Source of the DNA: Octopus sinensis
Taxonomy: Eukaryota
Direction of reading: 5' to 3'
DNA: 64,000 nt
Assembly (NCBI RefSeq): GCF_006345805.1
Contig: NC_043003.1
Location: forward strand, 45,074,001-45,138,000
The notes beneath the pieces were generated by a model, which was given only the letters and a program-made list of their open reading frames with translations, did not search any database and was not told the origin of the DNA. The position numbers were made by a program, and so were the translations under genes. Shown one piece after another: positions 1 through 14,384 of the stretch; the first letter of the stretch is position 1, and each line of letters opens with the position of its first letter.

Positions 1-390
1 GCATTTTCCAATCGAAGTCGGCTGTAGAGAGTTTGTTGGACACTGTGTGAGACGACTGTTGTTATCATTAGGCTTAACTCATTGTAAGGTAAATACCACC
101 ATGACCGATATCCAAACTACAGTGGAGAAGGCTAGCCACTGGTTAAAAAGAGACGGTGAGCGATGGCTAGAAAAATATTGAGCTGTATTTAGCAGCAAGT
201 TGATCTAGCAGGTGTTGCCTCATATATGTGATGGTTGCGAGTGCGCATTGATGCCGTCGAGAGGTAGGCCCCGAAACAGCGCGCATTCTCTCCTGATGAC
301 CCCATACACTTGCTGGCTTCCGGTATGCGGAGTTCTCGACTGATAGCACTTGCATGTGCAAGTTGTTTGCAAGACAACTATCACTTGAAA
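1..390 (+). mobile_element. 3' end of an RLE-type non-LTR retrotransposon (HERO-like): ORF C-terminus (2-180) plus probable 3' UTR
   Basis: Frame 2 reads HFPIEVGCREFVGHCVRRLLLSLGL...TTVEKASHWLKRDGERWLEKY*, matching the FPVEVGCRGF...AEKASxWLWxKR C-terminal signature of HERO-clade elements. Cut by the window start. Confidence 0.7.
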
Positions 391-699
391 TATAAATATG
401 AATGAAAAGAAACAAATTTCATCCTATCCCTGTAACTCATCCGCTGCACTGTTTCAATCTTTGTGGTGTAGTGGAGTTGAGCTGCTTTAAGCTCCTTTTT
501 TAGTTTGGCGCTGTGTTAGCCATAATTGTGCGCAGTAGTCCAGGTGGCTGAGAACAAAAGTCCTCCACAGGAAAAGCATAATTTTTGGTCCTGAAGGACT
601 TCATTATCCAGCCCGCCAGTTGTCTACACTTTGCTGTGCATATCAAATGATGTCATTGAGCATACTGATCCTCAAGTCGTTGTATGTATCTATATATGT

Positions 700-823
700 T
701 TGTGTGTGTGTGTGTGTCCATGTCCTTCTGTTCTATCTATCTATCTATCTATCTATTTATCTATCTTTCTATCTATCTCTATCTCTTTCTCTCTTTATAT
801 ATATATATATGTGTGTGTATGTG

Positions 824-855
<32 letters not shown>

Positions 856-865
856 TGTATGTATG

Positions 866-896
<31 letters not shown>

Positions 897-935
897 GTAT
901 GTATGTATGTATGCATGCTTGTATGTTTGTATGTA
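700..935. repeat. Compound microsatellite (TG)n/(TCTA)n/(TA)n/(ATGT)n
   Basis: Direct inspection. Explains the ORF-track entries at 620-1002. Confidence 0.95.
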
Positions 936-2304
936 TGTATCTAACCAAGTGTGTGTGGGAGAACTAATATGTATTTTCAAAGATACTCCTCTTTGTTGTT
1001 AATATATTATTTGCAGAAATGAAATATATATATTTCACAAATTATAGGATATTCGCCATTTCAAAAGTGATTTTTTTGGTTTTCTTTTTTGTTTTCTGTA
1101 AATTTATATTTTTCTTTGTGTATCACATCACACATAAAACTGCATTTGATATACGTATTCTAAAAGTTTCTTAGGTTTATTTGATTGGCAGTGTATTTCC
1201 CTTCCCCCACCACCTCTTCGTGTGTAGGCCTGTGTGTGTGTGTGCGTGCATGTGTCTATGTGCGTGTATGTGTTTGTTTGTTTGTGTGTGTGTGTGTGTG
1301 TTCGCGCACGTGCTTATCTCTATAATTTCAATTTGAGTATGTGAACAAACGAGAAGGCGTGAAATGTATGAAAATTACGAACAAAGAGTAATGATGGACA
1401 GATACAAATATACAGCGTATGTTTGTACTTAATATATTATTGTGCGTAATATACACATAAACAGTACGTGTGTGCAGTATGTGTTTATGTGTGTGAATGA
1501 GCGTTATTTTCTGTGGAGAAATGAGTCAAAGAAATGCATCGTAAACCATTTACTAAGATGTGTAGTGTGAGGGAAATTAGGAGGCAGACTCCGAGGTAGT
1601 GAAGGACTCCCAGAAACAATTATAACATCAGTACAAGGATAAATAATAAAGTCTAAAATATGTTTACGGTGTTTTGAAAGCATATTTTAGATATATATTT
1701 AAGTAAGTAATTTATTTTAAGGACATATATATTGCAAGCGCTCATCTGAATATGAATGTAGAGCAAGAAAACGGTGAGTGTAAAAAAAAAAAAAAAAACA
1801 CCGAGAAAGAGGTGATGGTTCAGAGATACTGCAATGGGTAGTGAGAATAGATAAGGAAACTGTGTGTTAATATGTATTTCTGAGCGTGTATGCACTTATT
1901 CTATTTTCTCTGTATGGGTTTTGGAAACCTAATTTCCGATTGTCCATCACGCTATGAATTTGGGAACATGTATATAGCCTACAGTATACTCGTTCGGCCA
2001 TGTCACTGTTTACTACAGATATAGTTCTAGCTCTCTTTGATAACCCCTTTATTTTATTAAATGATTAAATGTCACTTGCGACTTATACAGGTCATTTGCA
2101 ATATTACTAAACAAAGAATTTTGTTCACAGTAATTGATAATTCACCGACACAGTGGTGGCCATCTCCGTAATCAATTACGTTCAGGGAAAAATATAGAAC
2201 GCTACTCATTGTTGTAGCATAATAAAAAAGGATATCGTGCATCCGATAAACTGCCGCTATGTACGTGAAGGATAAGCCAATCCATTGTTAAATTAGCGTG
2301 TGTA

Positions 2305-2312
2305 TATGTGCC

Positions 2313-2363
<51 letters not shown>

Positions 2364-2394
2364 GCATATAAACTCACACACATACATGTGTATA

Positions 2395-2427
<33 letters not shown>

Positions 2428-2465
2428 TTGTGTGTGTGTGTGTACACAGACACACGCACATATAT
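2305..2465. repeat. (TA)n/(TG)n microsatellite
   Basis: Direct inspection. Confidence 0.95.
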
Positions 2466-3959
2466 GTATCTATTGTACTGTTCCATGATAGAAAGATCAA
2501 TGAAAACTACTCTCTCTGGGGAGGGATAAATTTTATTTATTTAAATGTAACAATATATATCTTTAAGTGCTACTGAGGCCCTCATATGTGGAGAAATATC
2601 TCAAACATATTCATCATTTACAAACCACATATCATAACGAACTAAAGCAATTGAATAAAAAGAAGAAAAGAGACAAACCTGACAAGGAAGCATATAGATG
2701 TTTTGTCTCGCTGTATATTCTTTGGAAATCCACCTTTCCACACTAGAATAATTTAAAGTTCACTTGCTTTTAATTTGTCATAACGTCAACAATATACATA
2801 TACATGTGCATCATTAGCCTTATTAATAACCCTAACCTTGAAATTTATTTTCTTCTCCCACTACTCTCTATATTAATAAAGCCCAACTCCTCTTTCTAAT
2901 ACATTTAGTTCTCCACAAAATCATTCCATCTTGACTATTCAGTTTCTTAACACCTCAAATGTAAAATCTTATCTGAAAACGTAGGCTGGTATTATCCGAT
3001 GATGGAATCATTATTTTTGCCCACCGAGGCCCCCAGAAACAGCTATTGGACTCGTAAAACTCTTATTCAACCCCTTTAATTCCTGATATCATATCTATTC
3101 TGCATAAGACCCACACCGATTGTCAAGTGACGGTGAGGGACAAACACACACAGACACACACACATAATAATCTGATTGTTCATTCACCCGTTATACCTTA
3201 CTTCGTTAGCAAGGTAGAGGTGGGGAAAAGTGAAAGAGAGGGGGAAATGTGAAAAGGTAAGAAAGATGTGAGAACGAAGTAGAGAAAGGTGTAAAATAAG
3301 GCCGAATACGTCAAGTGGTTAATTGAAGGGAGAGGCGAAGAAAAAGACAGTGAGAGAAAAGAGGGAGAGAGGAGTGTGAACGACGTACTGTAGGGTTAGG
3401 AGGGAAAGGTAAAGAGAAAGCGATATGTTTAGGATACAATATTTAGGATAGAGTGATGTTCTGGTGGTAAGTAAAAAGGAACGTAAATAGAGAGACAGAC
3501 AGATAATTGTGTTGGTGAAGGTGGTAGTGGCGGCGGCGGCAGTGGTGGTGGTGGTGGTGGTGTTGGAGGTAAGGAAAAAATAATTTTTTATTGAACTAAA
3601 TCTATATTATTTTCTTAGCTGCTCGTTCACTTTTAGAGAGGAAGAACGAATATGAGAATAAGTGAGACAGCAGATAGCCAGCAGATGCATTATTCTGTCA
3701 CTCATGTGGTTAGTGGAGGTGAAAGGTGAAGAGAACGAGAGAAATGTTAAAAACATGACGAGGGAAATGGTTAAGAAGACTGTTGAAGAGGTAGAGAGAC
3801 AAAGAAATAAAAGTGCGTAGCAGAGGGAGATTTTAAAATCATATTATTGTGACTGGAAGTGAAATAACTTAGCAAAATAAAAATGCAAATCTTCCTTGCT
3901 TCCTGAAACAGCTTCTCTTAATCTTTATCGTTCTGTGGAATTTTCACGAGTACCACTAG

Positions 3960-3973
3960 TTTGCGTGTGTGTG

Positions 3974-4010
<37 letters not shown>

Positions 4011-4177
4011 TGTGTGTGTGTGCATGTATGTATGTATATACATATGTGTATATATATGTATATATATATATGTATATATATATATGTATGCATATCTATG
4101 TATGTATATATATGTCTATATATGTCTCTCTCACTCTCTCTCTCTCTCTCTCGTTTTATATATATATATATATATAT
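3960..4177. repeat. (TG)n/(TA)n/(TC)n microsatellite
   Basis: Direct inspection. Confidence 0.95.
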
Positions 4178-4330
4178 ACGTCAGGATTCTTTCAGTCAAC
4201 CAAATTCACTTATAAGGATTTTGGTCATCCTGTAGCAGTAAACTCCTACCGAAGTTTCCACGAAGTGGAAGGAAATCCAGAACCATGTGGTTGGGAAGCA
4301 AGTTTCTTACCCCACAACCTCGCCTGCGCC
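4178..4330 (-). mobile_element. tRNA-derived SINE family A (head GGCGCAGGAGTGGCTGTGTGGTAAG), degenerate
   Basis: Reverse complement matches copies at 5876, 29981, 38903 and 53700 (CCAACCACATGGTTC...GACTGAAAGAA). Confidence 0.8.
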
Positions 4331-4884
4331 TATTTAATTCAATTTCTTTTAAATAAAAGTATTATCTGCGTACAAGTTGTATTATTCCAGTTCTTATATT
4401 TCATTTTTGCGTTTCTAAAATTTAGCAGGAATTTTATATTTCTCCTGGAAGGAGGAGTAGTAAAATGCGAAATTCAAGTTACTGCATGTCACCTCGCAAA
4501 ATAAACAAACAAGTGTGATGTCTGATATCTAAATATGCTTCGTTCTATTTACATTTTATTTTTCATCTCTTGTTCGTTAAGTTTCATACGTGCCTGGACA
4601 TTTGTCAATATTTTAATCACGACATACTCGATATTTCTGGTTGATATGCTGGTCTTTTGGGGCCATAGCAAACACCCGAATCTTATTGATAATATTTATA
4701 GATGAATTCTAATTAAGCACTGTATAATGTTATCAGTCCTCGAGCAAAACATGTATATATTCATCAACGTGTATTTAAGCACGCTCACATGCACATGGGC
4801 ATGCGTCTACGTACTTAAATGTGTGTGTGTGTATGTATGTGTGTTGTGTGTATATATATATATGTATATGTATGTGTAAGTATA

Positions 4885-4924
<40 letters not shown>

Positions 4925-4950
4925 CAAGTGTCTGTGTACATATATGTATG

Positions 4951-4986
<36 letters not shown>

Positions 4987-5875
4987 ACACACACGTGTAT
5001 GTGTCTGTGCGGGTCTCCGTATTCAAAAGGGAATAGGCCAGACGCTTGTATAGGATTATGCATTCATTATTCATTAGACATGATAATGGTTGTATATTAC
5101 ATTAAGTCTGTTAATCTTCTCTTCATACATAAATATATAAATATTGCTCTATATACGCACACAAAAAGATATCTTGTGTACTTGTAAATGTTTCTATATG
5201 CATGAGTGGGTCTACATATGCGATTATGTATGTATGTGGTGTTCCGTATAGGAGTGTGTGTATATTTGTTTTATACACTTTCGAATACATCTATGCTTGC
5301 TTCAGAAAATATTTGTGTCTGTATTTGAAAGATCATGATATTAAAAACATTGCGACATTTATAAGACGCGTATGTATATAAACACGTGTTTCTCTTCATG
5401 ATTTTCCATCTCTTGGGTCGGGTCTGTGTAATCGGTCACTGACCATTTGCAAGAGAAGATAAAAATGATCATTACAATGTTTTGTTGTAATTTAGGGATT
5501 ACTGATTATTGCTTTCTGCGGACTTCGTTTGTATAAGCAAGACAGTTGCCCGGCATGCTGGTTGGTTGGCCGATAATTGTGATAGCTGTATGATGGAGTT
5601 GGTAAACAGCAGCTATCAAAACGATTGTTCAATACATTCTGTCTAGCTAGATAGCAAGATCTGCCACAGATTATGTGAAGACATGTAATACACACGTCAC
5701 ACACGTGCCTTTGTAGTTTTATTATGTTTATTTCTGTAGCTGTTTATAAGCCTGATTGTCGAAATTATTCATTGGCCTTGAGAGCACAAATATATGAATG
5801 ACTGAGATGAATATTATGAAAAGATAACCTCAGAGACATAATAATCGTAATAATAAAAATAATAACTATACTATA

Positions 5876-6260
5876 GGCGCAGGTGTGGCTGTGTGGTAAG
5901 AATCTTGCTTATCAACCACATGGTTCCGGGTTCAATCCCACTGCGTGGCACCTTAGACAAGTTTCTTCCAATATAGCCTAGGGCCGACCAAAGCCTTGTG
6001 CGTGGATTTGGAAGACGGAAACTGAAAGAAGCCCATCCTATGTATATATATATATATATATGTAAATATGTATGTGTCTATGTTTGTACGCCCACCATCG
6101 CTTGATAACCGATGTCGGTGAGTTTATGTCGCCGTAACTTAGCGGTTCGGCAAAATATACCTATAGAATAAGTACTAGGCTTACAAAGAATAAATCCTTG
6201 GGTCGATTTGTTCCACTAAATGCAGTGTCGCAGTGAAATGACTGATACAAATAAAAGAAT
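5876..6260 (+). mobile_element. SINE family A, near full length with internal (TA)n
   Basis: GGCGCAGGTGTGGCTGTGTGGTAAG...GGTTCAATCCC (B-box-like)...GACCAAAGCCTTGTG...GGAAACTGAAAGAAGCCC; repeated several times in the window. Confidence 0.9.
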
Positions 6261-6304
6261 AATAATAACCATACTAATAATACCAGTAATATTTATTATC
6301 ATTC

Positions 6305-6725
6305 AGGCGGTGAGCTTGCAGAAGCGTTAGCACACCGGGCGAAATGCTTAGTGGTATTTCGTCTGTCTTTATGTTCTGAGTTCAAATTACGCCGAGGTCG
6401 ACTTAGCCTTTCATCCTATCGAGATCGATTAAATAAATACCAGTTATGCACTGGAGTCGATGTGATCGACTTAATCCCTCTGTCTGCCCTTGTTTGTCCC
6501 CTCTTTGTTTAGCCCCTTGTGGGCAATAAATAAATAAGAAACGTTAGCACGCCGTGCGAAATACTTGGCTGTATTTCGTCTGTCTTTACGTCTGAGTTCG
6601 CCTTTGCCTTTCATCCATCCGGGGTGATAAATTAAGTACTAGTTGCGTATTGGGATCGATCTAATCGACTGGTTCCTTCTCCAAAAATTTCGAGCCTTAT
6701 ACCAAGAGTAGAAAAGAATATTTAT
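6305..6725 (+). mobile_element. SINE family B (head GGCGGCGAGCTGGCAGAAACGTTAGCAC), dimeric
   Basis: GTTCTGAGTTCAAAT..CGCCGAGGTCGAC..GCCTTTCATCC core shared with more than 10 copies in the window. Confidence 0.9.
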
Positions 6726-7811
6726 TATTATCAGTTAAATAAAGTTGGCTTTATTACAACTAATCGCTTAATTTACAACTACAACTATTTACAATTAGTA
6801 AATTCCCTATATTGAATTTATTTTCGATATTTCAATTTCAAATCGCTCAAAGTTCTACTTTCACTGATTGATAAAATGAGGTACTGATTAAGTACTGAGA
6901 TGTGCATCAACGACTATACTTCTCTCTGAGAGTGGATTGCGCGATGTAAGATTAGCGCAATTTTAGTGGCTAAATAGGTGGCCAGAATTTTACGCTGGTA
7001 AAAGGTGTTGGTATTTGGTTTGTGTGAGTAATCCAGGATTGTATTTAGTGTACCCATATTTTTTTTCTTTTTAGTTCCTTACATTTGATTGTGAAGCTTA
7101 GCTTCCACTCACTGCATTTTGTACTGAGAGGTCTTTTTGTTGTTATGTATCTATTAATAGGTGCACTGATATTATTTGCTGTTCGTCTTTTTTCCTATGA
7201 AGTTCATCTTTCTACTGTCCCTCAAAACATGGTACTTTGTCATACAAACAACATGCAGGATGAACGAGCTCGGGAGAAATCCGTAACTTTGAAAGAGTTA
7301 AATTACCTGAATCTGTCCAATGAAAAATGTTTAAAAGAAATCACTTTAAATAAAAACACGACAGATTCCAAAAGACATTAAGCGTAGTATATATGACAAA
7401 ATATTTTTGCGTGAGGATGTAAGTAGAAATAGGTCCAATTTCCTAAAAGACACATCAATAAAATAGCCAAAGTAAGGCATGTAGATATTCGAATTTTTTT
7501 GTTGTTATTAAAACCAGTTAATGTATTCTAGTGAAACGAAAAGCAAAATGTTTTTGAAGTTGATGAGTGTTAGTAATTTGTGATTTGAACTGATTACTTT
7601 TTCAGAAGTACAGAATCAAGTTTTAAACATAACTGAGAGAAAGTACATAGCGTGTATGAAATTATGTACTGATTGCTGTTATATGAAAACAGGAAACAGA
7701 GAATAAACGTGAAACGTTTAAAAATGAGTTTGACGGGAATAGCGTGATAATTCTGGGACATCTCTGTTACCTCTGAAAAACAAGTATCACACTTAAAACT
7801 GTTGTCCTATA

Positions 7812-8420
7812 CAGCCTTGGCCAAAAGTATTAGGCCACTCCAATATTTTGGGGTTTTGCTATCTCAATGTTAATGAAACTCGTGTGCGTAGTAGATTATG
7901 ATATATTTCACAATATACATTAGTTTTAATATCTAGTTGACCCTCCTTTTGCATCAGTTACCGCTTTTATACTGTACTGTACATATGCAACGAATTATGA
8001 GTAAGACCAAAGTCCAAAATTAACTTATGTTTCCCCTATTATTTCAGAGTTTTATGCTAAAATACGTGATAGATATAGTCAATAAACAGTAAAATGCCTA
8101 AAGCGAGGGAGTTGATTGAGTGCGAGCGAGGTCAAATCGTAGCTCATCATGAAGATGGAATGTCTCAAAGGCAAATTGCTCAGAAGATGAAATGTTCTCG
8201 TTGTGCTGAGCAAACGACTCTCAAGCGCTCCAGAGAGACAAAAGGTGTGAAGACAATACAAAGAACAGGTAGAAAAAAGGTTGCATCACCTGGTGATGAC
8301 AGATCAATCATCCGTCAGTCGCTCAGAAACAGGAGAAAAAGATCGTCGGAGCACTGTGCGGACTTCAACGTGACAAGTACTTCACAAATCTCAACCAGAA
8401 GTGTTAGAAGAAGGCATGTA
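7812..8420 (+). mobile_element. Tc1-like DNA transposon, 5' fragment (left TIR plus HTH region of transposase)
   Basis: TA followed by CAGCCTTGGCCAAAAGTATTAGGCCAC (TIR-like) at 7810-7838. ORF from 8094 MPKARELIECERGQIVAHHEDGMSQRQIA...TGRKK...DDRSIIRQSLRNRR...ISTRSVRRR is a Tc1 paired-like HTH. Truncated before the DDE domain. Confidence 0.85.
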
Positions 8421-8448
8421 AGAGTTTGTGCGGTCGATAATGATAATG

Positions 8449-8503
<55 letters not shown>

Positions 8504-8901
8504 TATTCCGTTACGAATTGAAAGCAGTGCTATTGTTCTTATCATCATCGACCACACAAACTCAGTGTATGTGTTTTGTTTCTTCACTGGTTCGCTGCCA
8601 ACATCACTTTGGGGACCTGATCACAGCACTGAGTGATTGAAACATCTGAAAATCATAGTCAGGCGAGAAAACTCTCTTCCCGTTCCATCCAGAAGTAATG
8701 GATACTGACATTTCGCCATTTTTGCTTATCAAAATCACTTACCCTGAATCGAACCGGAGATGAACTGTATCATCAGTCTATGACCAAAATTGTGACACAA
8801 CTGCCAACTAATGTGCGTATAATATACAATCACAAACAGGTCTATGCGATATTTTAGTAGCTACGTAGATCCATTATGCTATTACTTTTTTTTATTTTGA
8901 A

Positions 8902-8949
<48 letters not shown>

Positions 8950-11779
8950 GCAGAGAATGTCAAGAATGATTTCTAGCTCAAATTTTAAAATTATATTGTA
9001 GCTCTCAGAACGGAATAAACTTTCTCTCCTCTATGGTGCTGTTGTATAACTAGAAGATGTTTGCTTTTGTCTTCGTTGACAGAATTGTTAATTTGAGTGC
9101 GAATTTGTGTGATGTTTAGTAAAGACGCACACGATTAGAATAAAGTGGAGCATATCAGAGTGAATACTCTATAGAGAAATTCAATCAAGGTATTAACACA
9201 CAAATTAGCCTTTGACGAATAGAGTAGCAAATATAATACAGGACAGTATGAGCAATTTATGCTTAAAATGTCCGATTCATCGGTGTATTACTACCTATGG
9301 AAAGTTTATATATGTCTTTTCTCATCCGTAAATGTCTTCGGCAATGAGCTAAAATGTTCCGTGCTTTATATGTTTAAAATCATTAATATTATGGCGATGG
9401 GGGTGGATAGTAGATGCAATTACAATGTTTGTCAATAATTTTTTTGTCTTTAAATTCTGCGGGATCGACTATGTGTTTCACCTAACAAGGATATAGTAGA
9501 ATATTATCCGACATGTGCTGGAGATTGTTATTAACTTGACATCGCTCACCTAGCAAATCTGTGATTTGCACCTGTTAAGAAAAATTACTATTATTAATGA
9601 CATTACAAATTTAGTTTAAATTATGTAAAAGTTATCAGAATAAAAAATATGAAAATACTTGCTTTGCTGATTCAATTAATAAATAATACATTCGCCATAT
9701 TTTAGAAAATAATACTCACAAATTCTATGGAATTATATGATTATATTTCACTATTATTTTAATAATTGATATAAAACAATTCAGTGAATGAAATTTGTGA
9801 ACAAGCGATCAGAAAGAAGCCGGGACGTAGAATTAATTGGCTTAGTTATTAAATTATAAACTGTACAGAACATACGAATTTAGTGTACTTACTAATTTAT
9901 AAAATTGACATAATACAAACACAAACTTTCTATCACCATCACATAACTATCATATTTTCTCATAGCTTCGCGTAAATTTGAGAAATATGCGATAGTGCGT
10001 GCGCATTCGTATGTGTGTGTGTACGTGCTTGTGTGCGTGTGTGTGACACTGGATAATAGATACTGGAACAGAGAAACAAACGCCTAACAAATGCAGATAG
10101 CTCACTCCGTACGCTGATTGGTTGTAGCTACATCGATTCCCATGTTTTAAATATAAATATTGTAAGGCGATGTTTTTTTTTTATCATTTCAGTGTCCAAA
10201 GTTAGGCTTGGTATCAACAAGTGTGCGCTCAAGTCACTTGCAAAAATTTTGACAACATACGCTTATGCACGCCCCAATCAATTTCCCATGGCCTATGCTG
10301 GACGACACTGCTCTAGGCCGTTAAATTTTACTCAATCCAACTCTACATCTTCATTGTCCACAATCTCCTTATTTCCCGCCTCAAACCATCATAGTTGTTC
10401 ATAATAATAGTATAATAGTAACAATAATAATAATAATAAACAAATACATCTCTCTTTACCTCTTTATATATATATAGGGAGAATTCACAAAAACAAACAA
10501 GACACGAAGACAGGTGTTTACTCAATAAAACAAAGGTATACGTATAACGCTCGGGAAGTGGAAAAGTCTTTAACTTTTCGAGCCTACGCTCTTCCACAGA
10601 AAGGAACACGGAAACAAAGAGGGGAAAATAAAGAATGTGTAGTGGCTAGCGATCTATCATGGCGAATGCCGGACAGCAGGGTCACACAGGAGAGCTAGGG
10701 AGAAGGGGAGATAATAAAGTAGTGCCAAAACGAAGCTGCGCGTGTGTGTGTATAAGAGATTTTGTATGTGCGTGTGGAAGGGGGCTGGTGATCTTGACGT
10801 GTGCGTGTGTGTATGTGTAGGTGTGAAAATATGAGTCTGGGAAGTGGTCAGTGCTGATGTGTGCATGGTGGTGTGTTGTGATGTGATGTGTTGTGTAGTA
10901 TGGTGGTTTAAGGTGTAGTGGTGAGTAGTATGATGGTGTTGGGAGGGGGATGTGAGAGTGAAAAAAGCAAGTGTGGGGTGTGATGGAGAAGGATAGGGAA
11001 GGTGGAAGGTGGGGTGGTAGGTGGAGGGTAGGGGTGGGCTTACGAGTAAGGGGTGACGAGGAAGGAGGAAGGAGAAGGTGGATAGGAGTGACGAGAAGAG
11101 AGGAGAGTAGGAGTGAAGAGAAGACGTAGGAGTCGGAGCAAGAGAGGTGAGGTGGGTGGGAGGAAGTAGGTATGAGGGGGAGAGAGGCGAGGGGAGGAGG
11201 TTAGATGAAGTGGGAAGGAGAGTTGAGCCCATGTGGCGCAAAGGAGTGAAGAGAGAAGATTAATCTCTGTTCAAGGCGCAAACGGGAGTCCGGATGGCCC
11301 CTGTGCAAGGACAGTCCGAACACAGACAGGTGTTGCAAAGAGTGACGGGTAGAGCGCGCATTTTTTACGACGATTTGGTAAGTAGTGCCGAGTTTTACCA
11401 TTTTGTAAGTGATCACAATATCTTATAAACTTAAATCTTATAAGCGATGGCCATGTATCCACTTAAGAAAATAATTCAATGTTGAGGCATATACGCACTC
11501 GATGGAAAAAGTGTGATTTTTGTATACATGAGACTCAAACCCAACACCTCTATGGTTTCGCCAAACTGTGCTACCATTTACATCAACACCCGTGCTACCA
11601 TTTATACAAACATACCCACCGTGAGTATGTTAGTATAAATGATAGCACAATTGTAGTGAGAATATAGGCGTGTGTATGTTCGACTCACTCGCATACCGAA
11701 AACCCACTTTTTTTCCGTAAGTGCATGTATGCCTTAATGCTTAATGGCATACAAACTTTAAACTTATAGAATATTATTA

Positions 11780-11782
11780 TTA

Positions 11783-11813
<31 letters not shown>

Positions 11814-11833
11814 CATACATACATACATACAGG

Positions 11834-11902
<69 letters not shown>
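11780..11902. repeat. (TA)n/(CATA)n/(AGAT)n microsatellite
   Basis: Direct inspection. Confidence 0.95.
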
Positions 11903-12204
11903 TTATAAATATACACGTTATATTTGTGCGTGTGTGTGTTTGTGTGCTTGTGCGCTACGAGAAATGTGAAACGTTGCGATATGGCCAACTGTAATTTATT
12001 TTCAGAACTGGATGCTTTCTTTCATAAATACCGCTGTCATCGAGTTTCTGGTTAAATGCCCGAGAATACTTCTAAAGAAATAAATAAAATACAATCAAAA
12101 TAAGGGCAAAAAGAGAAATGAAAGTAAAATGGGTTAATTTCCGCATACTCTCTTGCATGCAATCACTTGTGTTTGTATAAGTATTCGTTGTGTGTTTGAA
12201 TGTA

Positions 12205-12355
12205 AATGTACGTGCGTACGTACGTATGTATGTATGTATGTATGTATGTATGTATGTATGCATGTATGTATGTATGTATGCATGTATGTATGTATGGAGG
12301 TATGAAGGTATGTATGGAGGTATATATATATGTATGAATGCATGTATGTATGCGT
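12205..12355. repeat. (ATGT)n microsatellite
   Basis: Direct inspection. Confidence 0.9.
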
Positions 12356-14384
12356 GCCTGTATTTTTATACGATCACGCAAAATATAAACACCACCACGA
12401 AAGAATTCTTTGTAACCTTAAACGTTTGCATGTTATCTCAATGGAAGATGCATCGGCCGATTGGCTGCGTCCAGCTGTGAAGTTGAAATGGCTGAACTAA
12501 CAAACAGCCGGATCGGAGCACGTCTCGTCCTATCATGTTTAGTGACAACCATGTTTGTTTGTTGTGTATTTCGTTTCATCAATGTTTGTTATTGAAGATT
12601 TGTTATTTTTGTTATTGTTGTTATTTGCAGAACGTGTATATATGCGTTCGACCACATGTGAATGTTTCTGTCTCTATTTATCTTCCGTTTGTTATTTCCT
12701 TTTTTTCGATTTCTATAATTGTTTCTACGCCTCCACACATTTTTTAAAAGTCACTGTATAATCGACATTTAATTATTGATGATAGTAATGCGGTTGTTAA
12801 TATTGCTGTTGTGAGATGCAGTGTTGATAGAGTTGTTTGAACTGTTATTGATTGTGGTGGTGTTAGTAGTGGCGGCGGCGACAGTGTTAGCGGAGGGGGT
12901 GCTGCTGCTGGTTGCGGTGCTGAAGATATGGCAGTTTTAGTTTATTATGATAGTGGTAGGATTCACGTGTGTTTTTATCTTTATTTTTATATAATCTTAC
13001 AGAATCAACCGATTGTCACGAAGCATTATATCCTCAATTCATCGACATATACACGCATAAATACGTACACACACTGTCCATACTATCGTGTGGGTCGTAC
13101 AATCGCACAGACACATACAGACGCAATTTCTTTCAGAAACTAAACATAAAAACCGGCACACGTAGCAGAAATACATATTATGATAAAATAACCATAAAAT
13201 AAAAATATATATACTTTTAAGCGTGTACATTAAGTCGTAGAAATAACGAAGTACTGATATATAGATAATTACAACATCTGTAACCAGTAAAATACTAACA
13301 CAAACACAACCTCAAAAACAATCGTATCCAATATAAGGAATGTATATAAATCCATGCTAAAAAAAATTTCATATTGCTCTCAAGTTCAGTTGGAAATTAA
13401 AATCATGTCACGTCATAATAGAAAATCGTGTTCATTGCCAATACGGGTCATATTACAAAGTCATCTATTATGATTATAATCATTATTATCATTATTATTA
13501 TCATTATTATTGTTGCTGTCTTTGTTGCTTTTATTTGTAGTATCATCATCAACATCGTTTAGGTTGTTGTTGTTGTTGTTGTTGTTGTTAATGTATTTTT
13601 TTAATTATTATGTTGCTTTTTTTCATCATAGTTGTAACAGCTCTGGTTGGTGCTGTGATTGTTATTATTCTTACATGTTTGATTTTTATTTATTTATTTA
13701 TTTTCTATGCCTCTCATGTTTCTATCTCTGCATAAGATGAGTAATTTCGTTAATATTTGTGCAAGATTATAGTAATGATATCGGGTTCTAGTAAGAGTAG
13801 ACCAAAATAAGATGATTGATTTCAAGCAAAAGACACAGATATAGAAATCTACTTAAAATGTTTCCTTCAACAATCATGAAGAGCTGGGTTCAAATCTCAC
13901 GTTGCAATATGTTTAAGAAATGCGTTAGACTATAAACCTTCATTTATCATTAGTTTGTGTGTAGAATTTGGTCGACAGAAGCACTAATCAACCCAGTCGT
14001 ATGTGAATATTTATATGCGTATACGTATGCTTGTATGTATATCTATATATACAAACATGTACGTACGCATACATTTATATACTTATGTATGTATGTGCGT
14101 GTCTATGCATTTCAATATATGTTTGTATTTGTCTGTGTTTGTATGAGTATGTAGGTATGCATGTATGCATACATACGTATATATATGCGGATAAGTAAAT
14201 TAGGTACGTTATATATATTAAATATAATAGTTTGAGTATGAAACATAAAATATTTATATATAAATATATGTATGTATGTATTATGTATTAATTCCATTTA
14301 ATCTTATTCTACCTTTAGTAATGGAGATATGCAATCTAGTTGTAAGGATATAAACGATATCAATGTTAATTTATGTGCCAAACG

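Noticed and set aside
238-305. HHR-like words in the HERO 3' UTR (TTGATG...GAAAC...CTGATGA, with a GAGTGCGC/GCGCATTC stem)
   Set aside because: Cannot be folded into type I, II or III: there is no NUH after GAAAC and the stem II strands (GGCCCC/CCCC) do not pair.
1722-1773. Possible 52-nt exon (TTTTAAG|GACATA...AACG|GTGAGT; DIYIASAHLNMNVEQEN)
   Set aside because: No partner exons or recognisable protein. Such motifs arise by chance in 64 kb.
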